Notes under the pieces: generated by a model
What the model saw: only the letters and a program-made list of their open reading frames with translations
The model's database searches: none
What the model was told of the DNA's origin: nothing
Shown here: positions 22,525-36,358 of the stretch, piece after piece
Layout: each line of letters starts with the position of its first letter
Position numbering within the stretch: position 1 is the stretch's first letter
Position numbers and translations under genes: made by a program
Assembly (NCBI RefSeq): GCF_006345805.1
Contig: NC_043016.1
Span: 7,874,001 to 7,938,000 of the forward strand
DNA: 64,000 nt
From: Octopus sinensis
Taxonomy: Eukaryota
Direction: 5' to 3'

Positions 22525-23190
22525 ATCATCATCATTTAACATCCGTTTTCCATGCTAGCAAGGGTTGGACTGTTCGACTGGGGTCTGGTAAGCCATGGAG
22601 GCTGCACCAGGCTCCAGTCTGATCTGGCAGTGTTTCTACAGCTGCATGGCCTTCCTAACGCCAACCACTCCGTGAGTGTAGTGGGTATACATACATATAT
22701 ATATCATCATCATCATCATCATCATTTAGCGTCCGCTTTCCATGCTAGCATGGGTTGGACGGTTCAACTGGGGTCTGAGGAGCCCGAAGGCTGCACCAGG
22801 CCAGTCAGATCTGGCAGTGTTTCTACAGCTGGATGCCCTTCCTAACGCCAACCACTCCGAGAGTGTAGTGGGTGATTTTATGTGCCACCGACACATGTGC
22901 CAGACGAGGCTGGCGAACGGCCACGCTCGGATGGTGTTTTTATGTGCCACCGACACAGGTGCCAGATGAGGCTGGCGAACGGCCACGATAGGATGGTGTT
23001 TGTTACGTGCCCACAGCACGGAGGCCAGTCGATGCGGTACTGGCTACGGCCACGTTCGGATGGTCTTCTTGTATGCCACCGGCACTGGTACCACAAAGAT
23101 ACAAATTCTATTGATGTTCATCTATTTTGATTTGATTTGATTTGATTTTGATTTTGATTTTCACTTGCCTCAACAGGTCTTCACAAGATG
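22525..23190 (-). mobile_element. Two adjacent family C copies (22525-22680 and 22700-23190)
   Basis: Two tails; 63-67 bp units at 22880-23095. Confidence 0.8.
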
Positions 23191-23454
23191 TTCATCTATA
23201 TATATATATATATATACATACACACACACACATACATAGACATCCACATGGAGCAACTTAAAGTGTACATGCACCTGCACTAGCTGTGAACATCCATTAG
23301 GTGGCTGTTGTTGTTGATGATGATAATTGAGATAGTCCAGCCACTGCTTTCAGCAATTGAAGAACTCTGCTTGTAAAGATTCCAGTCCCACATTTTGTTG
23401 CTAATGTGGAGAATGATGTCACTGTAAAGCTACCGTTTCACATGGTATATACAC

Positions 23455-23720
23455 ACCACCGTGATCACCGTGACCAACCAGGCTATCAGATGTTGCTGCA
23501 CATCACTGGTCACAATGCGCTTCGCATTGTTTTAGCCTTCAAATGACACCACCCCGCTGGCTAAGTGAGCAGGCCAACAGAAGAAAGAGTGAGAGAAAGT
23601 TGTGGCAAAAGAGTACAGCGGGGATTGCCACCACCACCCTGCCGGAGCCTCGTGGAGCTTTAGGTGTTTGCACTTAATAAACACTCACAACGCCCAGTCT
23701 GGGAATCGAAACCGTGATCC
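23455..23720 (-). mobile_element. tRNA-derived SINE family F
   Basis: Reverse-complement B-box GGTTTCGATTCCC; GTGATCACGGTG tail. Confidence 0.55.
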
Positions 23721-24296
23721 TATATATATATATATATATAAGACAAGCTTCTTTTAGTTTCCATCTAACAAATCCACTCACAAGGTTTTTGGTCAGCCTG
23801 GGGCTACAGTAGAAGACACTTGCCCAAGGTGCCATGCAGTGTATACATAATCATCATTTGAATCATTTCTTCTTAACATAAATGGTAACTTGTTAGCGTT
23901 ACAGCAGCTATTGTATGATGTAATCAGCAACAAATGATCAATACTGCAATAAATTTGGAATGGCGAAATAAAAATTTATGCAATGTCACGTTACTGGCTC
24001 TTTTCCATTTATGATTACTTTTATGAAGTATTTTGGCAAATCATTACATCAAATTAGTTAATTCTATAGTAATTAATATAGTTCTTGTGATTTTTGGTTT
24101 CCAATATTGTGCATTCCTCTAGGGTAACCCAGCCCTCTGCTGGTGTTTCTCCTGCAAGTGATGACTTGCAGCACATTAACCATTTAGTGTTTAAACCGGC
24201 TGTATCTGGCCCAAATATTCCACCCATTTTATGCTCAAACTGGCCTGACCATCATCTCACACCTATCCTGCAATGTCATTCTAAAAATAAATAAAG

Positions 24297-24708
24297 CGCA
24301 GGAGTGGCTGTGTGGTAAGTAGCTTGCTAACCAAACACATGGTTCCGGGTTCAGTCCCACTGCATGGAATCTTGGGCAAGTGTCTTCTGCTATAGCCCCA
24401 GGCCGACCAATGCCTTGTGAGTGGATTTGGTAGACAGAAACTGAAAGAAGCCTGTCGGATATATGTATATATATGTGTGTGTATGTGTGTGTGTGTTTGT
24501 GTGTGTGTGTTTGTCCCCCTAGCATTGCTTGACAACTGATGCTGGTGTGTTTACGCCCCCGTCACTTACCGGTTCGGCAAAAGAGACTGATAGAATAAGT
24601 ACAGGGCTTACAAAGAATAAGTCCCGGGGTCGATTTGCTCGACTAAAAAGTGGTGCTCCAGCATGGCCACAGTCAAATGACTGAAACAAGTAAAAGAGTA
24701 AAAGAGAA
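24297..24708 (+). mobile_element. SINE family A, full length
   Basis: Same structure as 4181-4586. Confidence 0.9.
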
Positions 24709-25863
24709 TTGCATCTTTCGAATCTTGAAGTTACAAGATAATACCAGATTAATTTTTTAAAATATGAATGAATAAGGATTACTGTTGACATATTAATTTT
24801 GAATGCTGGAGCTTAAGAAGTTACCTTCCCACAGACCTTCCTAGTTTAGTTCCACAATGTGGAACCAGGACATGTGTCTTCCACTGTAGCTCTAGGTCAA
24901 CCAAGAGGTTTTGAGTGGATAAGGAAAACAGAAACTGAATAAAGCTCAATGCATATATGTGTGTGTGTGTGTGCACACACCCCATACACAGATATACGCA
25001 CAAATACATACATACATGCATGCATACATGCATACATACATACACACACATCCATCCATACATACATACATACATACATACATACATACATACACACACA
25101 CACATACATACATACATACATGCATACATACATACATACATACATACATACATGCATACATACACACACACATGGGCAAGTGTCTTCTGCTATAGCCCCA
25201 GGCCGACCAATGCCTTGTGAGTGGATTTGGTAGACAGAAACTGAAAGAAGCCTGTCGGATATATGTATATATATATATGTGTATGTGTGTGTGTGTTTGT
25301 CCCCCTAGCATTGCTTGACAACCGATGCTGGTGTGTTTACGCCCCCGTCACTTACCGGTTCGGCAAAAGAGACTGATAGAATAAGTACAGGGCTTACAAA
25401 GAATAAGTCCCGGGGTCGATTTGCTCGACTAAAAAGTGGTGCTCCAGCATGGCCACAGTCAAATGACTGAAACAAGTAAAAGAGTAAAGAGAATTGCATC
25501 TTTCAAATCTTGAAGTTACAAGATATACCAGATTAATTTTTTAAAATATGAATGAATAAGGATTACTGTTGACATATTAATTTTGAATGCTGAAGCTTAA
25601 GAAGTTACCTTCCCACAGACCTTCCTAGTTTAGTTCCACAATGTGGAACCAGGACATGTGTCTTCCACTGTAGCTCTAGGTCAACCAAGGGGTTTTGAGT
25701 GGATATGGAAAACAGAAACTGAATAAAGCTCAATGCATATATGTGTGTGTGTGTGTGCACACACCCCATACACAGATATACGCACACATACATACATACA
25801 TACATGCATGCATACATGCATACATACATACACACACATCCATACATACATACATACATACAT

Positions 25864-25894
<31 letters not shown>

Positions 25895-26084
25895 TACATA
25901 CATACATGCATACATACATACATGCATGCATGCATCCATGCATACATACATACACACATACATACATATATACATACATACATACAAACATACATACATA
26001 CACACACACATACAAACATACATACATACACACACATACACACATACATACATACATACAAACATACATACATACATACATACA

Positions 26085-26113
<29 letters not shown>
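24373..26113. repeat. ~800 bp tandem duplication with its breakpoint inside SINE A
   Basis: TGGGCAAGTGTCTT at 24373 and 25173; a few SNPs and different (CATA)n lengths. Confidence 0.9.
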
Positions 26114-26115
<2 letters not shown>

Positions 26116-26383
26116 TATTGTATTTAGGAATGGTTATTTTGCCAGTTTAGCCAATAAAAACACACACACTATATATTTGGTGTTATTTTGCTTCAGAGTT
26201 ATTTAATCTTAATCTTATTTTGGCCAGAGTTCTTTCGTCACACTCCTGTGACCGCATCAGCGGTCCTTTGTAAGATTAACGTAAAAAATAAATAACGCTG
26301 AAGCAAAGTAACGCCAAATATATAGTGCGTGGGTTTTTATTGGCTAAACTGGCAAAATGACCATTCCTAAATACAACAATATG
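26111..26383. repeat. 95 bp inverted arms around an 83 bp spacer
   Basis: 26111-26205 versus 26289-26383, about 7 mismatches. Confidence 0.9.
26222..26266 (-). ncRNA. Hammerhead-like motif, A9C change
   Basis: ggaccg-CTGATGC-g-gtcac(aggagt)gtgac-GAAAG-aa-CTC^tggcc. Confidence 0.45.
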
Positions 26384-26985
26384 TTAATATCGTATTTTTC
26401 AACAGAAAAAAATAAATCCACAAAGGCACCCACAAGCTCATAGGGAAGCTTAATCCCATTTTACCCCCTTAAGCATAACCAGCAATGTAATAAGAACCCT
26501 AACAATCATACCAAATGCTTAGCCTCATTGCTAAAAGCATATCCTTAACATAACTAGCCACACCATCTCAAAGACTGTCTCCTCTTCAGCACCAAAATAT
26601 ACTTCAACTCCTAGTTATCATTGATACTGTCCAAAGATTGGGTACAGTTCTTCACAATAGAATCATCATTGTTTTAATGTACACTCTTCCATGCTTGTAT
26701 GGTTTAGACAGAATTTGTTGAGACAGATTTTTCTGTGAGTAGATGCTCTTCCAGTCGCTAACCCTCGCCTGTTTCCTGGCAAAGTAATAATAGTTCCCTG
26801 TCACCAAACATGTTCCCTTGGAAGACTGAAAATGAAGGATATTTGCCTGTAAGACAGTAACATTCATTTATAACTATCACACTATGTCAGGGCAAAGGGA
26901 CAGTAACACACACACATGTGTGTGTGTGTGTGTATGCGATTGTGCTTGTTTGTGTGTGTGTGTGCAGGCATGCGTGCATTTGTGC

Positions 26986-27019
<34 letters not shown>

Positions 27020-27028
<9 letters not shown>

Positions 27029-27185
27029 CGTCTTTTTACAGCTTTTGTTCACTAAATCCACTCACAAGGCTTTGGTTGGCCCAAGGCTATTGCAGAAAGC
27101 ACCTGCCCAAGGTGCCACACAGTGGGACTGAACCTGAAACCATGTGGTTGGGAAGCAAACCTGTTAGCACACAGCCATTCCTGCG
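27020..27185 (-). mobile_element. SINE family A, head half
   Basis: Reverse-complement GGGACTGAACC. Confidence 0.75.
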
Positions 27186-27431
27186 AGCTATAACGTTCTA
27201 AACTTTTGGAGTAGTGCCCTCTGCATCCTACACAGACACCCTTCACCACTTCCAGAAAAAGAAATCAACTGATTCACAGAAAGACACTCACAGAAACTCT
27301 CCGTCCTCAAGCCCACGGAGATGCTGCCTCTTGAATTCCCTGGGGTCTCCTGCCACCTCTCCCCAGACAATCTTGAATTACTCAACTTTCTCTGTCCAAT
27401 TTCGATTTCTTCCATAGTCCCTCTGCTAATC

Positions 27432-27657
27432 TATTTCTTTACTGCCCACAAGGGACTAAACATAGAGGGGACAAACAAGGACAGACAAAGGGATTAAGTC
27501 GATTACATCAAACCCAGTGTGAAACTGGTACTTAATTTATCGACCCTGAAAGGATGAAAGGCAAAGTCGACCTCGGCGGAATTTGAACTCAGAACGTAGC
27601 GGCAGACGAAATACTGCTAAGCATTTCGCCTGGCATGCTAACAATTCTGCCAGCTTG
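27432..27657 (-). mobile_element. SINE family B
   Basis: Head, central domain and tail all present. Confidence 0.85.
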
Positions 27658-28266
27658 CATGCAAATCTATTCATTAAACACATAAAGAGAAGTGGGCAAT
27701 ACAATGTGTGTGTGTGTGTGGTGGGGGTTGTCTGCCTGTCTGTCTTTCCCTCCCTCTGCCTGTATGTGAGGACCTGCAGTTCTGTCATGCAGTTGTCAGT
27801 CAATGACAAAGAATCAACTAAGATTGTTTAAAAGTTAACTGTGGGCTTTGTTGATTTTCTTTTAGAAAGTCCTTTTGTTTTATTGAAATATTTCAAAACA
27901 TTTTTATCTTTCACAAAAAAAAAAAAAAAAAAAAAAAAAATGTTGTAGAATACATTCTAAAACCTTTCCAGTTGTTGTGAATTTGATATTCCATTTTGAT
28001 AATTAATTATCATTATTTGACATAATTACTCACAGGTGGTTGGCTTGGATTCATAAAAAGGCTTGTAGTCGGCAAGCATGACACAGTAAGTCAAAATTAG
28101 AGTTTGATTGAGAAGCAACATTTACATATACATAATAAATTGTGTGTATGTGTGTGTGCATGCGTTTGTGTGTGCATACACACACACACATACATGCAAA
28201 TATACATACATGCATAAATACATATATATATATACATACGTATCATTAACTAACTGTTACTTTCTC

Positions 28267-28462
28267 AGATGCAGCACGGAATTTTTTCTGTGAACAGGTT
28301 GCAGTTTCAAAGCAATGAAAACATTTTGAGAAATTAAATTCAAATGTTGAAGTGAATCTAATGGTGTCTTAAAATGGCTTATAAACACCTTCCATGCTGC
28401 AATTGCTTTTGATTCAGCACATGATCTCAGATAAAGTCACTTGCTATGCAAGTACACCTCCG
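28267..28462 (+). mobile_element. Short (AT)n-terminated element with a decayed G3-C8 hammerhead-like motif (28283-28333)
   Basis: Homologous to 31469-31671. Confidence 0.7.
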
Positions 28463-28519
28463 TAATATATATATATATCCCAGCAATCCAAAGTACCTGG
28501 ATCGCATAACTGCCTGCTG

Positions 28520-28950
28520 TGCTTACCTTGGATCATAGGGTGATCTGCTGTGCTTGAGGAGACCTATAGAGTCAAGTACATCAACATCAAAATAAAAACC
28601 AAATGGAAATTGTAGTTGTGATACCTGTGCCGGTGGCACGTAAAAAGCACCATCTGAACGTGGCCAATGCCAGTGCCACCTTGACTGGCTTCTGTGCCAG
28701 TGGCACATAAAAAGCACCAACTGATCATGTCCACTGTCAGCCTTGCCTGGCACCTGTGCCGGTGGCACGTAAAAAGCACCCACTACACTCACGGAGTGGT
28801 TGGCATTAGGAAGGGCATCCAGCTGTAGAAACACTGCCAGATCAGGCCGGAGCCTGGTGCAACCTCCTGGCTTCCCAGACCCCAGTCGAACCATCCAACC
28901 CATGCTAGCATGGAAAACGGACGTTAAACAATCATGATGATGATGATGAT
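28520..28950 (+). mobile_element. Family C
   Basis: GCTGTGCTTGAGGAGACC, tandem units, body and (GAT)n tail. Confidence 0.85.
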
Positions 28951-29400
28951 GATATATATATGTAATATTTTGGGCTAATGAATATATGTTGATTAGTGTG
29001 CTGATGTGTTGAGTAAAGCACTGGTACAGTTTGGGCTACCTAGTGTTATCCGCAGTTGTGTATATTTCCGGTGGATATACTTCAGGAATTCCACAGTGTT
29101 AGTTGAGAAAATAATAATTGATTAAGTAAATAGGAGATGGATTTGGTATTGGTTTTTTTTTTTTTTGTATGGCATTCATTTTGACCTATTTACTATTGTC
29201 CCTCATGGGTGGGGGATTCCATACATTATGTTGTGTTGCCTCAATTTTGCAGTCTGGGTCACATCAGGTACATTCATACGTAAAGCAGTATCTCCCTAAA
29301 GATTTTGAGTTTGGGCGATCGTGCTGTTATTTGCTCACTCAAGTTAGAGAATGAAGCATTGCTACAATTGGCATTATTATTTAACGTTCATAAGAAAAAT

Positions 29401-31231
29401 AAGTGTTCCAGAATTAAGGCAACCAACTTTTATCAATTTTGCCAAAGCAAAATATTGTTATATTTCAGGTCTGAGCATTGAAGTGCAATGGTAAAGGAAA
29501 CGCAACCACATTTATGGATACTATCACATTTATTTGATATGACCACCTCTGTTTCAAACCTCAGACTTAAGTCTTGGTATGAATACTTTACATGTGGCAT
29601 GCAGCTGTTCTTGTGGAATTGAAGCCCATTCCTGGTGCAGTTTTGCCTTCAGAGGGTTGAGCAAAGCATGAGGAGTGCTTGAGACCCTCATCTTGAAAAT
29701 AGACCAAACAAAAAAAATCTAACAATTTGAGATCGGGGCTTCTTGCGGGCCATACATCCTTGCCTATGAAAGACGGAATGTTTTTCTGAATCCAGTGTTG
29801 TGTTTGTTTGGCGCTATGGGAAGGTACCAAGTCCTGTTGGAGGCTCCAAGGTGTGCCTTTAAAGTGCTCACTCACCTATGGTTCAGCTTACAGAATGTCG
29901 CTAATGTATTGCTTGGTATTAATTTTAACACCCATCATCATCATCATCGTTTAACGTCCGCTTTCCATGCTACCATGGGTTGGACGATTTTGACTGAGGG
30001 CTGGTGAACCAGATGGCTGCACCAGGCTCCAATCTTGATCTGGCAGAGTTTCTACAGCTGGATGCCCTTCCTAATGCCAACCACTCCAAGAGTGTAGTGG
30101 GTGCTTTTTGCATGCCACCGGCATGGGAGCAGTCAGGCGGTACTCGCAATGACCTCACTCGAATCTTTTACACATGCCACTGGCACAGGTGCCAGTAAGG
30201 CGATGCTGGTAACAATTACGCTTGAATGGTGTCTTTTATGTGCCACCGGCACGGAGGCCAGATAGCCGCTCTGGCAATGATCATGCTCGGATGGTGATCT
30301 TGGTACCCTACTAGCATGGGCACAAGTGCCAGTAAGGCGACGCTGGTAATGATCACGCTCGAATGGTGCCTTTTAAGTGCCACTGGCATGGAAGCCGGTT
30401 AGCTGCTCTGTCAATGATTACACTCGTACGGTGCTCTTTGCACCCCACTAGCACGGATGCCAGTCATCAAATTTGATTTTGATGCCACAAAAATGAGGGG
30501 AGAACTTCCAGTAGATATCACAGTTGCCCAAACCATAACTGACTGTAGATTTTGCTGTCTGTTTACAAGTTTAACATCAACAAAACCAGATACACTTCAA
30601 AGTCAGTCATTCTGGTGGTTTATTGTCTGTTTCATGTCAAATTACTTTTTATCATTGAACACCAGGTTGGGCATCATACCTTCAGCAATTTGACACAGGA
30701 TAAGACGACTTCCCTCCATCTTCATGGCCTTATAAACTTGCATGAGCTCATGACAGCAGATCATTTTATATGGTTGGTCCTGAAATCCTCCTTCCTCACT
30801 CAATAAATTTATGTTTGCCTTATTTTTGCTGTGGCAGCCAGCTTTCTGATGGAATGATGAGTATTTCATTATGTCTTTTCTCTGGTACTTTTGATAAACT
30901 AAGGGCTCCTCACACATTTTTTTCTTTCAGCCACATCCAGATCAATCAGTGGTAGAACCAGTCTCTTGAAATTTCTTGACAATTTTCCAGACTGTTCAGT
31001 TAATTTTAAGCTTTTTTGGTAAAGCTATATTACCTTCACCTCCTTTGTTGAGGGTTATGATTGTATTTCAGTCCATAGCCATTATCCAATTTATAAATCT
31101 GAATTTATTTAGTCCGAAACAAAAAGAAGACTAAGTAAACTTTTATAATGATGTAAAATTTTCATATCTTATTACATTTATCGATAGTTATTAAAGCCCA
31201 AAACTTCAGATGCCTTAATTTTAGGATCCCC
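29401..31231 (-). mobile_element. maT-type (DD37D) Tc1/mariner element, decayed, interrupted by a family C copy
   Basis: QQDLVPSH..SPDLKLLD has 37 residues between the aspartates; VFNDKK..NHQND..SVMVWA; HTH near 31000; related TIRs containing AATTAAGGCA. Confidence 0.75.
29930..30480 (-). mobile_element. Family C with diverged 60-70 bp tandem units
   Basis: Reverse-complement tail at 29935-29975; units at 30105-30465. Confidence 0.8.
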
Positions 31232-31294
31232 TATATATACATACCTACATATATATATATATATATATATAATATATATATATATATATAATAT

Positions 31295-31801
<507 letters not shown>

Positions 31802-32221
31802 ATATATATAATATATATATATATATGTACACACATATATATACATACATATACACACACACACACACATATACATATATACATATATGTATAAATATAA
31901 ATATGTATAGATATAAGTTATATATATAAATCATGGTTTATAATCATTCAAAAGAAAGTAAGAAAATGGAGATATAACATTTAATAAAAATTTATCTGCA
32001 AAACTCAACCATAGTCCCTTACAGCTGTTTCATTTAAGCTTAATAGGTTAAATAGCAATTATTCAAATCATTATATAAGGCAAAACCTGGAGCATTGTGA
32101 GGGTAAAGTCCTCAGGTAATCCTCCATAGGGTCTTATCAGAAGCAACCATAATTAGACTTTCCAGATGGATTCCCAAAGGTGTTCAACTGAGACTACAGA
32201 TATTATTCAACTATCTTATAG

Positions 32222-32385
32222 ATGCAGGCATGGATGTGTGATAAGAAGCTTACTTTCCAAAACACATGGATCTAGGTTCAGTTCCATGGCATGGCACCTT
32301 GGGCTAGTGTCTTTTACTATAGCCTCGAGCTAACCAAAGCTTTGTGAGTGGATTTGGTAGATAGAGACTGAAAGAAACTCGTCGT
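32222..32385 (+). mobile_element. SINE family A, head half
   Basis: Degenerate A and B boxes and core. Confidence 0.7.
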
Positions 32386-32439
32386 ATACATATAAATACA
32401 TATATCAAATAAAATCAAAAACAGAACACAAAGGATATC

Positions 32440-32530
32440 ACGGTACACGTCTTTCAAGCTTTATAAACAATCCGTTCTTACATCAGTGTATAATTGATAT
32501 AAAAGATGGTTTAAAGCTCTCTTCAGCCGC
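32440..32530 (-). ncRNA. Hammerhead-like motif with long stem II
   Basis: gcgg-CTGAAGA-gagcttta..taaagctt-GAAAG-acgt-GTA^ccgt; 15.2/16.2 mismatch. Confidence 0.55.
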
Positions 32531-32731
32531 AAACATTGTTATTCCAAAGAGTTACATCACACTATAAAAAATATGAAAAGTACATGTAGTATTACTCATT
32601 ATAATAGGTATACCATATCTCCTTGAAAAAGTATATTTGTAAAATTTCGTAACTGTATAACTATATAAAGATTCATTGGATTTCGAAAATTTGTCCATAC
32701 TGTATCACCAGTCAACATATATATATATATA

Positions 32732-34242
32732 CAGCCTTGGCCAAAAGTATTAGGCCACCCCAATGTTTTGGGGTTCTGCTATCTCAATGTTAATGAAACT
32801 CGTGCACATGGTAGATTATGGCATATTTCACAATATACATTAGTTTTAATATCTTGTTGACCCTCCTTAAGCATCAATTACCACTTTTGTACTGTACTGT
32901 ACATATGCAACAAATTATGAGTAAGACCAACGTCCAAAATTAACTTATGTTTCCTTGATTATTTCAGAGTTTTATGCTAAAATACATTGTAGATACAGTT
33001 TAAAAAACAGAAAAATGCCTAAAACAAGGGAGTTGAGTTGAGTGTGAGAGAGGTCAAATCATAGCTCATCAAGAAGATAGAATGTCACAAAGGCAAAATG
33101 CTCAGAAGATGAAATGTTCTCGATGTGCAGTGCAAACGACTCTCGAGTACTTCAGAGAGACAAAAAATTAGAAGAGAATGCAAAGAACAGGTAGAAAAAT
33201 GATTACATCACCTTGTGATGATAGATCCATCATCTGTCAGTTGCTCAGAAACAGGAGAAAAACATTGTCGGCGCTCAGTACAGACTTCAACAAGGCAAAT
33301 ACTTCACAAATATCAACCAGAATTGTTAGAAGAAGGCTTGTAGAGTATGGTCAGAAAGGCTGTAAAGCTATGGGTTTCTGAAGCGAATATGGAAAAACGT
33401 CTTCTGTGGGCCAAAAACCACTCAAATTGGACCAGTAATGGTCAACAGTCATATGATCTGATGAAAGTAACTACGAGGTAAGATAGTACATGTATTCAAT
33501 CAACATATAAACTTAATGTAACTGGTTACATATAAAAAAGTATCCAGCATAAAGCTAATATTAGTTTGCAGGTTTTTGGTACATCTGTTGCAACTTTCAT
33601 GCATTGCAGACTTGGGGAAGCATTTAAAGCTGAATGTCTGGTACCAACCGTAAAACATTGGGTTGGTTCCATCATATTGTTGGCCTGCATGTCTGCCACA
33701 GGATCTGGAAAAATGTTTTTATGTCAGGGAAGGATAAATTCAGCTACCTATGCTTCTATGTTATCAGATGTTTTAGAGCCATCAATTGCTAAATTGCATT
33801 CAGGAGGGTCAAAAAAAGTGTTATCTTTCAACAGGACAATGTTCCATGTCATACAGCAAAGAATACTCATCAATGGTTTGAGACACAGGGTATTGTTCCC
33901 ATGGACTGACCAGTTCAAAGTTCCGATCTAAATTCGCTTGAACAACTATGGGGAACTTTTGGTGAAGCTATCAGGAAAACACTAATTAAAAATAAAGAGC
34001 ATTTGCACCAAAAGTTGAGAGAAGAATGGAGAAAAATTGATCCTAGCACCTGCAAGAAACAAGTTGATTCAATACCTAACCATATAAAAGCAGTAATTGA
34101 TACTAAAGGAGGGTCAGCCAGATATTAAAAGTATTGTATATTGTGGAATATATCATAATCTACCATGTGCACGAATTTCATTAACATGGAGATAGCAGAA
34201 CCACAAAACATTGGGGTGGCCTAAAACTTTTGGCTAAGGCTG
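32732..34242 (+). mobile_element. Full-length Tc1 (DD34E) element, decayed
   Basis: ~105 bp TIRs starting CAGCCTTGGCCAAAAG, TA flanks, SDES..PTVKH..QQDNVPCH..NSLE with 34-residue spacing. Confidence 0.92.
33478..33571 (+). other. Putative 94 bp GT-AG intron in the Tc1 transposase
   Basis: SDESNYE|gtaaga...gctaat..tttgcag|VFGTSVATF; removal restores the normal motif spacing in frame. Confidence 0.7.
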
Positions 34243-34455
34243 TATATATTGTATCAGGACAATTACACCGACGACAACTACCTGCTAGAGCAATTACCCC
34301 CTCTCCAATATATCAAGAAGTTTTAAATCATCATCTGTTGTCCTCAGGGCTAATTATCGTTGGGTGGGGGTTATTGTCCAATAGGGGTAAATGTCCTAGA
34401 CTCATATATATATATATATGTGTGTGTGTGTGTATTTCATATATATATATATATA

Positions 34456-34848
34456 CTAGCAGTATCGCCTGGCGTTGCTCGGGTTTGTAAGGGAAATAAC
34501 TATATAAGCATTTTTAGAGAGTTACTTCCCTTATATAATAGCAAAAAATGCATTAAAAATGGAAAAAAATGATGGTAAATTTTTTTTTAAATCGTAGACT
34601 CATCGTAGACATTTTAGAGAGTTACTTCCCTTATATAATAGCAAAAAAATGGATAAAAATGATGGTAAATTTTTTTTTAAATCGTAGACTCATCGTAGAC
34701 GCGTGCTAATACCCAGAAGGGCTCGATATGAATCACGACTATAAGATACCCGGTTTTGGTTAAACTGCACCACAAAATGTGGGGGTTGTTAGGAATCTAA
34801 ATCGTAGGAGACAGACACCACACAACTTCTCTTTTATATATATATAGA
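34456..34848 (-). mobile_element. Non-autonomous Helitron
   Basis: Minus strand A|TC...CTAG|T, subterminal CCCGAGCAACGCCAGG hairpin, internal ~100 bp tandem duplication. Confidence 0.8.
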
Positions 34849-34948
34849 TATATATATATATGTATGTATATATATGTGTTCGATCACAGCACCAGTAACA
34901 GTTAAGCTTCGTGCAATGGCCATACACGATAATGAGGGGGCAGCCATC

Positions 34949-35020
<72 letters not shown>

Positions 35021-35944
35021 GGAGTATAACTCCAAACTTACAGGGAAAAATTCAATTTAGTATTAAGTTTAATTATATTTATCATTCATTTTATTCCTTT
35101 TGGAAAAAAAAATTAATTATCATATATAATACTTGTTATTATGTATTGGTTTATGTCTATCACTGTTTAAGTTGAATAATAGTGGTTTTATCTCTAATTT
35201 ATATTTGATATATATATATGTGTGTGTGAATTTGTGTTTGTGTTTGTCTCCCACTTTCAACTAGTGCTGGTGTATTTATGTCCCTGTAACTTAATGGTTT
35301 GGCAAAAGAGACCAATAGAATAAATACCAGGCTTAAAAAAGGGTAAGTACTAGAATTAATTAATTCATTCAACTAAAATTCTTCATGGTATTGCCCCAGT
35401 ATGGCCACAGTCAAATGACTGAAAGAAGTAAAAAAAAAAAAAGCTAAAAATAAAAGATCTCATTTTTCAGTCTATCCTTGGACCTCTTGCCAGTTAGCTT
35501 GGCTTGGCTTGAAGAATCCACTTTTGTGGTTCTTTCCTGTGACATTCCAACCACATTTCTTTTCTACTGGAGTTGTGACTCCTCAAAGTGAAGAAACAGA
35601 AGCTGATCCTTGAGCCATGCACCCTTGTCAAGTAACATTACCACAGGAATCCTTCAGAGGAACCGCAAATTAGTTTTAAAATATATTTTTCCCCTTTACA
35701 AAATATATAACTTTAACCTAAATAACCTTACATGGTTTGGTTGTTCTAAGATTACAACTTTAGATAAATTATTTATGTTGTAAATGTGCTTAACTCAACA
35801 TAAATCAACACTTCTGCTTGTTGTTACAAAAATAAAAAATAAAACCCCCCTTAGACTTTTTTGTAAGTTTTGCATTTAACATCAAGGAGACAATTTGTGA
35901 TGTATGAGTCCTTGAAAACCAGTGTAAATATTTTTGTAAAGCTC

Positions 35945-36358
35945 TCTTTTACTATTTACTCTTTTACTTGTTTCAATCATTTGACTGCAGCCATGCTGGA
36001 GCACCACCTTTAGTCCAGAAAATCGACCCCGGGACTTATTCTTTGTAAGCCCAGTACTTATTCTATCGGTCTCTTTTGCCGAACCGCTAAGTGACGGGGA
36101 CACAAACACACCAGCATCGGTTGTCAAGCAATGCTAGGGGGACAAACACAGACACACAAACGCATATATATATATACACATATATACATATATACGACAG
36201 GCTTCTTTCAGTTTCCATCTACCAAATCCACTCACAAGGCATTGGTCGGCCCGGGGCTATAGCAGAAGACACTTGCCCAAGATGCCACGCAGTGGGACTG
36301 AACCCACAACCATATGGTTGGTTAGCAAGCTACTTACCACACAGCCACTCCTGCGCCT
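35945..36358 (-). mobile_element. SINE family A, full length
   Basis: Reverse complement of the A structure. Confidence 0.9.

Noticed and set aside
32000-32030. Minus-strand GAAACAGCTGTA half-motif
   Set aside because: No CUGANGA or covariant core found upstream.
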